Source: Octopus sinensis
Taxonomy: Eukaryota
Assembly (NCBI RefSeq): GCF_006345805.1
Contig: NC_043000.1
Coordinates: forward strand, 117,304,001-117,368,000
Reading direction: 5' to 3'
Length of the DNA: 64,000 nt
The notes beneath the pieces are model-generated. The model saw only the letters and a list, made by a program, of their open reading frames with translations, did not search any database and was not told where the DNA came from. Position 1 is the stretch's first letter. The number at the start of each line of letters is the position of its first letter. Positions 24,690-38,308 of this stretch are shown in pieces. The position numbers and the translations under genes were made by a program.

Positions 24690-26010
24690 TTTGGTTCCGA
24701 CCCTGCAAGCCCCGTTCCACCACTGAGACCTTTTAATTTTTCTTCATTGTTTACACCTACGTCTGGTCATTTATACCCAGCATTTGTACCACTTTCTTCC
24801 ATCTTTTGCTATATAACGCAGACGACAGACATCTAATCTCCAGCCGTATTTTCCTTTTGAGATGTAAAATAAAGAAGGTTACTAAACATTGGCTGGAGAA
24901 GAAGATGCCTGTCACAACTCCTTTCATTCGAGACTTCCATACTGCTTCTTTCGCCATAACATTTGCAACGAGAAAGCAAACCTTTTCTTCCTTGTTAAAG
25001 GAAGACGGCAACGTAATCTTACTGATTGATTCGAACGACAGCTATACTCTTCCCATACGGTACAGCAGCTGTTTGACATAAACTCACAATTCCGAGATTT
25101 TCGGACATTGTACAATAGCATGCAGGAAGTTTCTCCCTCCTACTCACATTTTGCACAATGTATTGAGAGTTATCACGAACAGGTAAGGCTCCTCTGTAAC
25201 ACTGCCTACCCAGGGACTTTTGGAAATTATCCAAGGACCCTGTCTGGAATGTACGTCGGAACAGGCCAGCTAGTTGACCATCATCGTGACCCAGGGCGTC
25301 TCCTAAGGTATCGTCACACTTTGCCTCTACCAGGATGTTGTTGTTGTTATTGGTGTAGGAGTGCTGCTAGGCTTTTTCTTCGGACCAGAATCTCACCTCG
25401 ACCGTAGCGAAGCTCTTTCCCCTTATGAGGAACATCAAGTCTTTTCACACAGGATGCAAACAAATTTCCACTGCCTCCCGCCCCCCACTCGCTGTATCCA
25501 ATCTTTTCGATTTTAATACAACAGCCTTTATAAATGACTGTGCATTTTGGGGCTTTTTCAATTATTTCGCTGAGAGGGAATATTGTTAGTTTCTGCCCTC
25601 CCGCTTTAACATACCTTTGAATTTTTCCAGTTCCTTAGTATCTATTATTAAATCTTTTCTGGCTACTCCTGCAGCCGCCGCAAAATTCGTTTTCCCAGTC
25701 TCCTTAGAGGGAAACACAACTTTTTGGGGTTCCATATTCACAGGAGACCCAATTGCCTTTTTTCATCCCCCTTAACAAGACAATTTTTTCCCCATGTTTT
25801 TACATTCTCCTTCACAGTAGACACTTTCTTTTATAGATCTTTTTTGTGGGGGAAGATATAATTTTTTCTCCAGACATATCCTCCTTGATAGGAGCCACAA
25901 CTTTTCCTTGCTCCTTCACAGGGCTTAACATTTTTGGCGGAGACACAATTTCACCTTCAGAATGCTCCAAAGAGCTAATGCTTTCGAATTTCATTTTTCT
26001 GTTTCTTTTT
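24690..26010 (-). mobile_element. Tx1/L1-like LINE remnant (C-terminal ORF2 plus ORF1-like piece)
   Basis: YRGALPVRD...; AKEAVWKSRMKG...FFILHLKRKIRLE...RWKKV resemble Tx1 ORF2 C-termini. Confidence 0.6.
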
Positions 26011-26185
26011 TTTTAACTGTGCTACTCACTTCGAACAAGTGTTTTTGACAAATAAAAGTACAACTTTGTATTTACTTCTTTGATATGTATTTACTTCTTT
26101 GTAATCCATAAATAAATGTAAGAAAATAAAAGTGATTAATTCTTGTATTTATATTTATAGAACCATATCATTATTATGTTTTATG

Positions 26186-26542
26186 CGGAGGCACAATGGC
26201 CCAGTGGTTAAGGCAGCGGAGGCGCGGTCGTGGGATCGCGGTTTCGATTTCTAGACCAAACGTTGTGAGTGTTTATTAAGCGAAAACACCTAAAGTTTCC
26301 TGAGGCTCCGGCAGAAAGTGGTGGCGAACCCTGCTGTACTCTTTCACCACAACTTTATCTCACTCTTTCTTCCAGCTTTGTCACACTCTCTGTCACGCTG
26401 AATCTCCCTGAGAACTACGTTAAGGGTGCAGGTGTCTATGGAGTGCTCAGCCACTTGCACGTTAATTTCACGAGCAGGCTGTTCCATTGATCGGAACCCT
26501 CTATCAACTGGAACCCTCGTCGTCGTAACCGACGGAGTACCA
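26186..26542 (+). mobile_element. tRNA-derived SINE family A, full length, tail T1 (fragments also at 1-165 and 40655-40890)
   Basis: Head ggaggcacaatggcccagtggtt (A box) ...ggtttcgattt (B box). Body ggtggcgaaccctgctgtactctttc. Tail aactacgttaagg...tcgtcgtcgtaaccgacggag. Confidence 0.85.
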
Positions 26543-27212
26543 CGATATTTTATGCAAGTGTAAATATAGTTGTTTATTGATTTAGTATAGAGTAAATTAA
26601 TGCATTATATTTAAAGTATTATATATAAAGCCAATTAATTACATATTATAGGTTCACATTTCTAATTGGTAAATTCTAGGTATTTATTTAATGAATGATA
26701 TATATTCATAAACAACTTTTACCATTGTGAATATGTGTATGATGAAAAACAATTTAATTTTATGTTATTATTTTTTTTACTTATAATAATCTTAATAATT
26801 TATTATGATACTACATTATGAAATACAAAATATTAATGTGAATCTTGTCTTACAGAGTTTTAAAGTTTTATAAAACCGATGTCTACATATGAGTAATGCC
26901 CCCGATTGGCAATTAATTAAATCATTTTGTTTATATAGTATGTATAGTGATTCTTTTAAACACAAACAGAAGATTTATGTGTATATGGTGCCGCTGAGTC
27001 AGGATGATGTATAGGTAACATCTTTTTTGTCTCAGTTTACGTACATATATAGCCGATGACGTAGTGTTATTCGTGATATTTTGTTTAAATGAATGCATAT
27101 GGGCTAAAAATCTGTTTACAACTAATGGGGATCCCTATATATATCTTACTATGTGAGTTAGCAGTTTTAGTAACGGTACATTTATATATAATGTTGAACC
27201 TTATATATATAT

Positions 27213-27254
<42 letters not shown>

Positions 27255-28560
27255 ATATAATATATATGTATGTTTGTGTTTCTGTGTTTGTCCCCCACCT
27301 GCAAACCGATTTTGGTGTATTTACGTCACCGTAATTTAGCAGTTCGGCAAAAGAGTGCGATAGAATAAGTACTAGGCTTACAAAGAATAACTTCTGGGAT
27401 CGATTTGTTCGATTAACGGCGTGCTCTAACATGGCCGCAATCAAACGGCTGAAAGCAATGAAAGAATAAACAAAAACAAAAAGAATATATATATATATCA
27501 GGCATTAAAAAATATACAGGGCGGTGCCCCAAAAAGGCCGCAGTCTTATGACTGGAATGTTTAAAAGAAAAGAGAAAAGAATATGAATATCACCATTAAT
27601 TCCAATATACCTCTGAAAAATATCCGTGTAAATTCATCTGGTTCTGTGGATAATGACATACAGTTACGTGTATGTATTTGTCTACAACAATGCAATAAAA
27701 ACCCTACTAACCACGCTAGAAACTGACTAGAAAACTTCAATAAACTTTATAGAGATGTAGCCGTTCAACCTAAACCTTCCCAAAACACACAGTTAAAATG
27801 TTTTATGAGAAATTTAATATCACCAACACCAGTACAACATCATTCAGACATATGCTAGGGGAGCAGCTGCTTCATCTGAGACATTCTATTGCAAACCATA
27901 AAATACAAACAACACCGGTTTTCTGTCCAAAGAATGACATGACCCGAATTTGAACACTTGAATGTGACATACCAGTTTATTTAGTTACTCTCATACTTTA
28001 CTGAATTCTAAACAATAATGTAGTTCCAATACCCAAACAAATAAAATCTCTATACAATAATGTTTAAACAACTTCCACTCTACAGCGCATGGTTAATTCA
28101 TCTGCTGCCCCACGGATTTCATTATGGTTTCGACACCTGGGCAGTATCATTCAATCCGGCGGTGTCAACAGCACTAAAATAATTGTTGTTTAGGAACAAA
28201 CAAACCAAAGAATCCACAACTTTCAAACACATTTACCCAATGTACAACCGTATCGATAAATAAATTCCATATGTAAATTACAACCACTCCTAAATACGTA
28301 ACTAAACAGCGACAATTCTATTAAGTCATAGAAAACTATAATCCCTACCGTTTTCCATAGTGTAATATAAAAGTAAAGCTTAATAACCACATTATTTTAA
28401 TCAATCAATCAATATATATGCAAGATTAAACACTAACGTTTCTAAAACTACAACAAGAGACATTTAAACCAATGTAAATTGTATTTATATTAATAGTAAA
28501 CTGCAATAACTAAATTATATGCTAAATTGCGACCCATCTTTAAGTCCATGAATGTATGTA

Positions 28561-29714
28561 CCGGGTTGAGTCAAAAGGCTTTCAGATTTTTATTGATGAT
28601 TCATGGAAATTTGTATCATTAATTTGATACGACTTGTTATCCAATCGTTACTGAATTGTTTATTCTTTATTTTACAACTTTGATAATGAGTGGTGAAAAA
28701 AATTGCAGCTGAAGTCACTTTACACAACCAGTGGGAAAATGAGGATTGAGTGCAAATACAGCAGCAAAATTAATTAATGATATGGAAGGTCCAGTAACTG
28801 TCAATGAACGTGCGGCATAAAACTAGTCCAGACGTTTCAAGGAAGAGGATACCAACCTCGAAGACAAACCAAGGTCAGTGAGGTATTCTGTCGTGGGAGA
28901 TGAGGATTTACTTGAAATTGTTGAAAAACAGCAAGCACAGGCTCTCGCACATTATCGGCAAAACTTGGCCCTTCACAAAGCACCATCAATTGATATCTCC
29001 ATAAGCTCGACCTTTTGAATTGACGCCGCCGAGAAGCTCCCTATGAACTGATCAATGACGGGAATATTTGTAAGCTACTGCTGGCTAATCCTCGAGGTGC
29101 CAGTTTTTGGCGTCGAATTATAATTCGGGATGAAAAATGAATCTATTTTCGTAATCCCAGTAAGGCCAAGCTTCAGAACCCCATATCAAACAAAAGCAGT
29201 TTGAGCAAAAGGCCGTGTTGTATGTTTGGTGGAATTTCGAAGGGGTGTTACACTTTGGTCACTTGTCTCAGATGGCCATGCTGTGAACGCTAACCTTCAT
29301 GCTCAGCAACTGCAACGAGCATACGATGCTTTAAAATCTCGTTACCCGGCATTGGTAAATCCAAGACGCGTACTCCTACAGCATGGCAATGCCCCAGCAC
29401 ACACAGCTGATCTGACAAAGCGCAAGCTTAAACTTGAGGGGCAGCAAATGCTGTCCCACCCCGCCTACAGTCCAAACCTTGCACCATCAAATTACGACGT
29501 TTTCTGAGAAATGGTGCATTTCGTGTACAGAGGGAGGTTCAGCAATGTGTATGAAGCTGAGGACGGGTGCAAGAAGATTTTTTGCTTCTAAAGCAGCCAA
29601 ATCATAAAAGCTTGGAAGTGAGCTTCTTGCCCAAAGATGTGCAACACTCAATAGAAAATGTTGGGATGCAACTTGGAGAATAAACGCTTTTCAGACGTAG
29701 TTTGATTCAACTAT
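28561..29714 (+). mobile_element. Degenerate mariner element
   Basis: LLQHGNAPAHT...LSHPAYSPNLAPSNY (HDNA/YSPDLAP motifs). Decayed TIRs ccgggttgagtcaaaa ... tttgattcaact, with TA at the left end. Confidence 0.85.
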
Positions 29715-30049
29715 TAATTAAAGCTTGAAATACTAAAATCTTGATTGAAACTAGTATCTCCGCGTCTGTGTTTGTGCAGGTGACTGTGTATGTGTGTGCA
29801 TGTACGTATAAATTTGTATGTCTCTAATTATGTAAATAGTTTTGTTGTGAATATATTATTATACTTTTACAAATATCTTCATAATAAGAATTTATTTTAT
29901 CAATGCCAACAGTTCTACCCTGAGTATTTGCATCTAATTGTTGTGTGTGTGTGTCTGTGTGTGTGTGTGCATGTGTGTGTGTGTGTGTACATGTGTGTTT
30001 GCATGAATTCACATGTGTATGTGTGTATGCATGCATGGACACATACATA

Positions 30050-30625
30050 CAGCGGATTTTAAATATAAAGTTGAAGATCAGCGAAAAAGAGAACACCTAT
30101 GCTGAAATATTGAGAAATCTGCAGTTATTCTATCCAGATTACAAGTCCAGGTTTATACCTGTGATTATTGGGGTCCTGAGATAGGTAGCACGCTGCATAA
30201 TTACGAATCTTGAGAAATTAGGCTTATGAAAACCAGAAAGGAGAAAATAAATTCGAAGACTACAGATCCACTCCATCACTGGAACTGTAGAAATCTAAAA
30301 TTTTCCAGAAGTTTATCATTTAAATATATATGAGCATGTCTATATATGTAATTATATGCATGAGAATACATACATAAAACATACAAATCTGCGCATGCAT
30401 ACATACATACAAACATGCATACATACATACATACATACATACATACATACATACATACATCATACATACATACATACATGCATAGATACATAGATACAAA
30501 CAGAAACATACAAAAATACCCTGTCGTTGACGTTGAAATTCCAATGTAGGAACCTTGGATCTAGGTAAGAAACCGGTTCTTTACTGGCAAGAAATCTTGA
30601 AATAAACTGAATAATGACGTACATA
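30050..30625 (+). mobile_element. RLE-type LINE C-terminus plus 3' UTR ending in (CATA)n
   Basis: KISEKENTYAEILRNLQLFYPDYKSRFIPVIIGVL. The UTR ends gaaataaactgaataatgac-(CATA)n, and the same UTR recurs at 58965-59210. Confidence 0.6.
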
Positions 30626-30998
30626 GAAACATACATACATACATACATACATACATACATACATACATACATACATACATACATTCATGCATACGTGCAT
30701 ACATATATAAGAGAGTGCAAAAGTAAGTATACAGATAAGAAAAAAGAAAACTGGGAAGAGATGAAACACCAGATCTTGTTAATATACAAATTCTCTTATT
30801 CCACTAATACAAGACGTATATGTGAATTATCAACAATATAAATAGCATCTTTTGCCTTTAGTTTCAATTTAAGATGAGTGGCTTTGTGTTTAGTAGCTTG
30901 CTTACCAACCACATGGTTCCGGGTTGGCAAGTGTCTTCTACTATAGTTTCGGGACTTGTGAGTGGATTTGGTAGACGGAAATTGAAAGACGCCTATCG

Positions 30999-31052
<54 letters not shown>

Positions 31053-31275
31053 TATGTCTGTGTTTGTTCCTCCACCATAACTTGACAACCGATGTTGGTG
31101 TGTTTATGTTCACGTAAATTAGCAGTGCGGCAAAACAGACCGATAGACCCCAGGACTTATTCTTACAAAGAATAAGTCCTGGGGGTCGATTTGTTCGACT
31201 AAAGGCGGTGCTCCAGCATAGCCGCAGTCAAATAACTGAAACGAATAAAAGAATAAAAGAATACATAATGAATAG

Positions 31276-31317
<42 letters not shown>

Positions 31318-31849
31318 CATAGAGGGCGCGGCAGAGGTAACGCCCTTTCTTACTTGTATAATTGTTATAGTTTTTCTACATTCAACATGATGGCAGACCA
31401 CCTCTTTCTTTACTACCCACAAGGGGCTAAACACAGAGAGGACAAACAAGGACAGACAAGCGGATTAAGTCAATTATATCGACCCCAGTGCGTAACTGGT
31501 CCTTGATTTATCGACCCTTTAAGGATGAAAGGCAAAGTCGACCTCAGCGGAATTTGAACTCAGAACGTGGTGGCAGATGAAATACCTATTTCTTTACTCC
31601 CCACAAGGGACTAAACACAGGGGGAGGGGGACAAACAAGGACAGACAAACGGATTAAGTCGATAACATCGACCTCAGTGCGTAACTGGTACTTATTTCAT
31701 CGACCCCGAAAGGATGAAAGGCAAAGTCGACCTCGGCGGAATTTGAACTCAGAACGTAACGGCAAACGAAATACCGCGAAGTATTTCGCCCGGTGTGCTA
31801 ACGTTTCTGCAGAGCTCGCGGCCTTCTGGCAGACCACTTCACTGTGGGT

Positions 31850-32135
31850 AAAACGTTCAGGAATTGTTGAGGTAAGGTGGATAGGACAACATGGAATAAT
31901 TGAGTGGTCATCACGATCGTCAGGCCTAACACCACATTGACTTTTCTTGCGGGTGTATTGAAAGATCTTGTTTACTCGCTCAAACCTAAAACAATTGATG
32001 AATTAAAACACGTAATTTCTGATAAATGTTCTGCTATTAACTTGGAAATGTGTCAAACGGTTTGTAGAAGTGTTGTTGGTTGGGTTCAGCATTGCAATGA
32101 AAACGAAGGAGGGCGTTCTGAACACGTTAATTAAA
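31850..32135 (+). mobile_element. Tc1/maT-like transposase C-terminal remnant
   Basis: WIGQHGIIEWSSRSSGLTP...GVLKDLVYSLKPKTIDELK...CNENEGGRSEHV. Confidence 0.75.
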
Positions 32136-32829
32136 TTGTTTATCTTAATGGATTATGTTATTTTGATGGAGCAATAATTAATAAATTTCTTAAAGCTACT
32201 GCAATTTATTTTCATTAATTGTTCAATTTTTCATTTCTTTAATTACTGTAATAATTTTTTGTACAATAAAAAATTACTATTGGAGTAAAGATTGTTTACC
32301 AACATAACATGGCAGTCCTGGTTTAGGATGAATGTTGCTGTAATTTAGCCCCAGGAGACATCGCCTCCTGCTGGCTATACGACGCGATCTGTGGCCTTAT
32401 ATTTTCGAACAAGAGAATCCATCACCCGCACTTAGCTCAAAACAATATCTGTGTATCGCGAAAAGTTACTAAATTTTTTTTTAAATGTGTACTATAAGAA
32501 TTGCTAAATAAAAAAGGTCGTTACTTCTGTCATCCCTTGTATATTGAACGTTTATATACTCCAATGAAGTTTACCTCTACTTTTTGATACACGCTGTTAT
32601 TTATATAACAATTTAATAACCAGCTTTGTGTCAGTACCAAACGATCATTTCTATATCACGTTTATAATATTCCAGAGAACCTACATATCTTGCTGGCAAG
32701 TTGCGAAGATATTAATAAAAGAAAAGTATAAAATATCTCTTACAAGTATAATTGTATTTTACTCCGCTAGACTTCTTACTGTTATCAGTTGTCTGTGTCT
32801 TTGCCTTAATACAAGAACTTGTGCTAGCG

Positions 32830-33915
32830 TGCAGAAAACGATGACGTTGACAGAAGTATTTAAAAGTGTATGGAAAATCTTCAGACAATTGACACCAATG
32901 CATCCTGCAGCTACAAAACTATTTGACAGTTCTTTGAAACAATATAAATTCATATTTTATTCTGCTTCTACAGAGGAATGTCAGTCTTTATAATGCGAAC
33001 TATCTCATGCTTAAAACAACAATGCAGCTTATAAAAAATCATTGATTTAGATATTTTTCAGTGCAATAATCATATTCCTATTACTGTTTTAAATTACTCG
33101 ACTCCGTCTTCCTCTTTCTTCTCTGTCACACTTTCTCTTCATTTCTCTCTTTCAATCTCCCTCTTCCTTTTTCTCTCTCACTCCCCACCTCCTTCAATAG
33201 TTGACAACCGATGTTTGTGCGTTTATGTCCCCATTGGAAAATGTGTGAGATATTTAGTACAGTTAGGTATATTTGAAAAAAGAAAAAGAATTAATTTACT
33301 GGTCGTTCTAATCGTTTTGATTTATTATTTTTTAAATATTTTAACAATATACATTTTAGTTCATAGATTTAGTACGTTCTATGTTAACTTAGTTGATAAA
33401 GTTCTCCAAAGAAGTTAAGGAGAAAATAAACAAATTCTCCACATCCAAGTTAACTAAGAACTTACAAGATCTATTTATTTTACTTGTTTCAGTCATTTGA
33501 CTGCGTCCATGCTGGAGCACCACCTTTAGTCGATCAAATCGACCTCAGGACTTATTCTTTGAAGAATTTAAAAGTGTATGGAAAATCTTTAGACAATTGA
33601 CACCAATGTCTCCTTCAGCTACAAAACTATTTGACAGTTCTTTGAAACCAAAAAAAAAAAAAATTCATATTTTATTCTGCTTCTACAGAAGAATGTCAGT
33701 CTTTATAATGCGAACTATCTCATGCTTAAAACAACAATGCAGCTTATCAAAAATCATTGATTTAGATATTTTTCACCGCAATAATCATATTTTTATTACA
33801 GTTTTAAATTACACGACTCCATCTTCCTCTTTCTTCTCTGTCACACTTTCTCTTCATTTTTCACTTTCAATCTCCCTCTTTCTTTTACTCTATCACTCCC
33901 CACCTCCTTCCATAG
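32830..33915 (+). repeat. Local direct duplication (~345 bp: 32860-33202 and 33567-33915) of a probable hAT C-terminal remnant
   Basis: Near-identical blocks starting tttaaaagtgtatggaaaatctt. Translation ATKLFDSSLKQYKFIFYSASTEECQSL loosely resembles the hAT dimerization motif (AERSFS-x-LK...STM-x-EERL). Confidence 0.6.
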
Positions 33916-34565
33916 TTTTCAGAGACGCATCCATACACCTATCTACTGTGAAAGCTAAAATGTCTAATTTAGATATCTTGGTAGACATAACAATTACGTT
34001 AAAGCTAATATATTTATCAGATGTATATTTACCTACATTTTGATTGCATTCTCAAAGAAAATAATAAGATTTTATAAAGCATATATATCTGGGTCGCACA
34101 AGGCTATGATGTTTATTTAGGTTTAATGAAAGTACGTATAATACATTACAATGCAACACACGCACACACATAGAATAATATGAAGTGTTAGTGGAGATGA
34201 TACTCTATGTATAGTACAACTATCTTTTGTGCTTGTTTATGAGCTAAGAAATAATAAATATTTTAGTAGAAGATCAAAATTATTACATCCAAATAAACGA
34301 AATCTTGGTTCCCGTGATTTATAAGACCAGATTGAACGACATACGTTGTTTCATTCATGTAGTTTTAGAATCAATAAACACAAGTATACATTAAAATAAT
34401 TCAGATAATAAAATTTAAGTGAAGTAAGACATTCTATTCGAGCATATAATGATGAAATAAGATCATAAGAAACGTGTATGCGAGTGTAGATACATGTAAT
34501 CGTGGGGGATTAAAACTTGTAAAAGTTCAGCTATACAAAAAATCTTGAAAAGTAATATATTAGAT

Positions 34566-34812
34566 CGCCATGATAGATCGCTAGCCACTACACGTTCTTT
34601 ATTTTCTCTCCTTGTTTTTTTCGTTAAATCAACAATTTTTCTTATTCTCTCTCTTTATTTTCTCGTGTTCCTTTCTGTGGAAGAGCGTAGGCTCGAAACG
34701 TTATAGACTTTTTCACTTCCCGAGCGTTATACAAATACATCTGTTTGTTGTCTATACCACCTGTCTTCGTCTTTTGCTTTTTTGTGAAATTCTCCCTATA
34801 AATATATATATA

Positions 34813-34883
<71 letters not shown>

Positions 34884-35112
34884 ATATATAGACATACATA
34901 CATACATATGCATATATATGTCGAAATTTACAGAAAAACAAAATACGAAGACAGGTGTATAAACAACGAACAGGTGTATTAGTTTGACGTTAGGGAAAGT
35001 GAGAAAGACTGTTACGTTTCGAGCCTACGCTCTTCAGCAGAAAGGAACACGATGAATTGAACAGTGGGAGAATAAGAAAAAAAAATTGTGGATTTAACGA
35101 TCAATCATGGCG
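34566..35112. mobile_element. Two inverted Penelope pseudo-LTR copies flanking a (TA)n core, each with a decayed minimal HHR (34670-34708 +, 35007-35045 -)
   Basis: Ends are cgccatga...tcatggcg. Both arms carry gaagagcgtaggctcgaaacgt and ccacctgtcttcgtcttttg (or a close variant), matching the pLTR at 38308-38515. Confidence 0.7.
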
Positions 35113-36529
35113 TTATGCACAGGTGTGGGTGTGTGGTAAGAAGCTTGCTTGCAAGCCACATGATTCTGAGTTCAGTCCTACTGTGTGGCACCTTGAGGAG
35201 TTATCTTCTACTATAGCCTTGAGCCAACCAAATCCTTATACACAATATTCTTTTATTCTTTTATTTGTTTCAGTCATTTGACTGCGGCCATTCTGGAGCA
35301 CCGTTTTTAGTCGAGCAAATCGACCCCAGGACTTATTCTTTGTAAGCCTAGTACTAGTTCAATCGGCTCTTTTGCCGAACCGCTATTTTACGGGGTCGTA
35401 AACACACAAACATTGGTTGTCAGTGATGTTGCGGGGTCAAACAAACACACATACAAACATATATATATATATATATATATACAACGGGATTCTTTCAGTT
35501 TCCGTCTACCAAATCCACTCCCAAGGCTTTGGTCGGCCCGAGGCTATAAGTGAAGAGACTTGCCCAAAGTGCCACGTTGTGGGACTGAACCCGGAACCAT
35601 GTGGTTAGTAAGCAAGCGACATGGGTTAGAGTCATCAACAGGCAATTGAGAGTTAGAAATATATACCTCTATTGTTATGTGAGATTGAAAATATACTTAT
35701 TACTCAAAAGCAACTTTCCCCTGCTATTTATAATCAACTTCAACATCTTAACTATATTACTCGCTGTAATTCTTAAATCCAGTGTGTCCACACGCCTTCC
35801 CAGATCCCCGTCTTTGTATGTTTCCAGTATAGTTTTTCTATGTTCGAATACTGCATTATGAGGCCGGTTTGTCTTAGTACTCTATAATTCTGAAGTATAA
35901 TTCTAATTTTCCTCACACTATCAGAACGAATTTGTATCCCACACTTTTATGAAAACATACTTCCCGAGCGCAGTCTTTTGTTCTCGACTTTTATCAGAGA
36001 TAACAAGTTGACTGTCTGGTAGTCAGTCGCTGCTATGAAACGAAAAATATCTATTCATACAAAATGCCGTCTCGATATTCTAAGATAGTTTATACATCTT
36101 CGGGCAGTTTTTTTAATCTATTCTCCGTAAGGAGATATCGAAACATTTCTTAAAATTACCGTTCTCTTTCTCTCGACTACTATCAGACTATTTGGTAAGC
36201 AGAATCCGGAGGCATCTGGCTGTCTTTCTCTTACAGACCCCGGTCATCTCCCAAAACTCTGTGGCCTTCAACAACAAAGTACATCGATCTGTGACTTTTA
36301 TGCTTGGATATCACCATCTTGTTGTAGTTCATCCTTTGTGTCTGGTCTGTATAGCATGTTCTTCGTCACCTAATTCTCCTATAATTTGTCCCAAAACATA
36401 GACGAGGTGCAGCGTTCTTTTCCAAGTACAGTAGCCTTGTACAGGACAGTGCTGATATAAAGATACATATATAAAGATATATATATATATATATTTGACT
36501 TGTTTATATATATATATATATACATATAG

Positions 36530-36780
<251 letters not shown>

Positions 36781-36899
36781 AGATATTAAACTATGTGAAA
36801 CAAAGACATTTCTCTTCCATTTTTTAGATATATTTTCCACATATTTTCACTTCATAATTTTGCCACGTGCTATATACCGATTCTCCAGTATTTTTGTTC

Positions 36900-38100
36900 C
36901 TTTTATATTTCTACTATTTGCCTTACGTCGCACGCAAAATGCCTGCGAAACCTACGTCCACCCCATCGGATAAAATTACCAACGAGAACATTCTTAAGGA
37001 ATTAAAAGAAATCAACGCAAATTTATTCACCCTAACCAACAAAATCGATGGACTGTATCGCCAAACCCGAGAAGACTTGATAGCAATCTACAGCGAAGGT
37101 CAATCAAAATCTAAATGAACTATGCACTACATAAAACGAATTTTTCACAAACAATCTCTTAAAGAATACTACAGAATATACATTACAAAAATCACCCACC
37201 CTAAATGAAAACACACCAATTTCAGCACGTCTAATTAAAAGCTGCATTAGTCACACTTGGTCCAAAAACCTCAACACCAGAACACTCTCATTCATTGGAA
37301 GTTGGTAAAAAAAAAATAATAAGGCACAAATATATGAAAAAGGGATCAACTCGACACCATTAATCTTGCTGCTCAAACTCCAAATCAAACACGTCCCAGA
37401 TGAACCAGAACAACAACGAACCCTCAGAGAGAAAGTAGCACTAGAAAAGAATGAGAACAGAGATTGAATTACTTAAACTCAGAGCTAAGAATTATGAACA
37501 AAAAATATAAAACGATCGATGACGAGATGAACACAGAACTCACGATACATGCCAATGAACAACTTCTACAAAATGTTATTAAACTATGGAAAGACAACTG
37601 TGAATCGGAAGAAATTAATTCACTAGAACGATGGGAAAACAATATCAACTTTTTCCTCAACTGCGAATCTCAATTCAAAAGAGACTACACCTTAGACAAC
37701 TCCTTTATAAAAAAAATCCAAAACAAATACATCCACAGAAACCAATAACCTTAGATCCAGATCAAACTTTCAACTCAGACACACAAAACTATCCCACCAC
37801 TGGGTAATCAACCATGACCAGCCTCACAATAGGACCCCACCCCCATTAATAGGAAACATCAGTAAGAACCACCCATTAATAAGAAACACCCCAGGACTAA
37901 TAATAATAATAATTATCATTATTATTTCGATTCTTTCTCTCAAACAACTAGGAACAGGCAGGGGTCCTATCTACTCCTAAACAAAGGAATTCAACTTTCG
38001 GAACTTCAACTCTCTCACCCAGATAAAAAGAACAACTTCACAGCGCCCCATACTGGACTAAACACCCCTACAACTAATTCCAACAAAAATACCCACAACA
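36900..38100 (+). mobile_element. Penelope-like element 5' (N-terminal) portion, degenerate
   Basis: ORF remnants at 37464-37748. GIQLSELQLSHPDKKNNFTAP near 37985 resembles the PLE N-terminal NLS-x2-LS-x2-E-x2-LL-x-KGLNF-x-P-x-P motif. The element continues at 40036. Confidence 0.45.
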
Positions 38101-38265
38101 GGTGCAGGAGTGGCTGTGTGGTAAGTAGCTTGCTTACCAACCACATGGTTCCGGGTTCAGTCCCACTGCGTGGCATCTTGGGCAAGTGTCTTCTGCTATA
38201 GCCCCGGGCCGACCAATGCCTTGTGAGTGGATTTGGTAGACGGAAACTGAAAGAAGCCCGTCGTA

Positions 38266-38307
<42 letters not shown>

Positions 38308-38308
<1 letters not shown>

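Noticed and set aside
26186-26260. tRNA-like sequences (also 5110, 38101, 50156)
   Set aside because: These are SINE heads with A/B boxes followed by SINE bodies. None forms a full cloverleaf, so no tRNA gene is called.
27600-28480. AC-rich stretch with HGFHYGFDT...NPAVSTALK, faintly like DIRS/Ngaro RT or a viral capsid
   Set aside because: One short motif with stops in all frames is not enough. It needs tBLASTx or an HMM search.
35870-36400. Non-repetitive-looking stretch possibly coding on the minus strand
   Set aside because: Multiple stops in all frames and no motif I can name.
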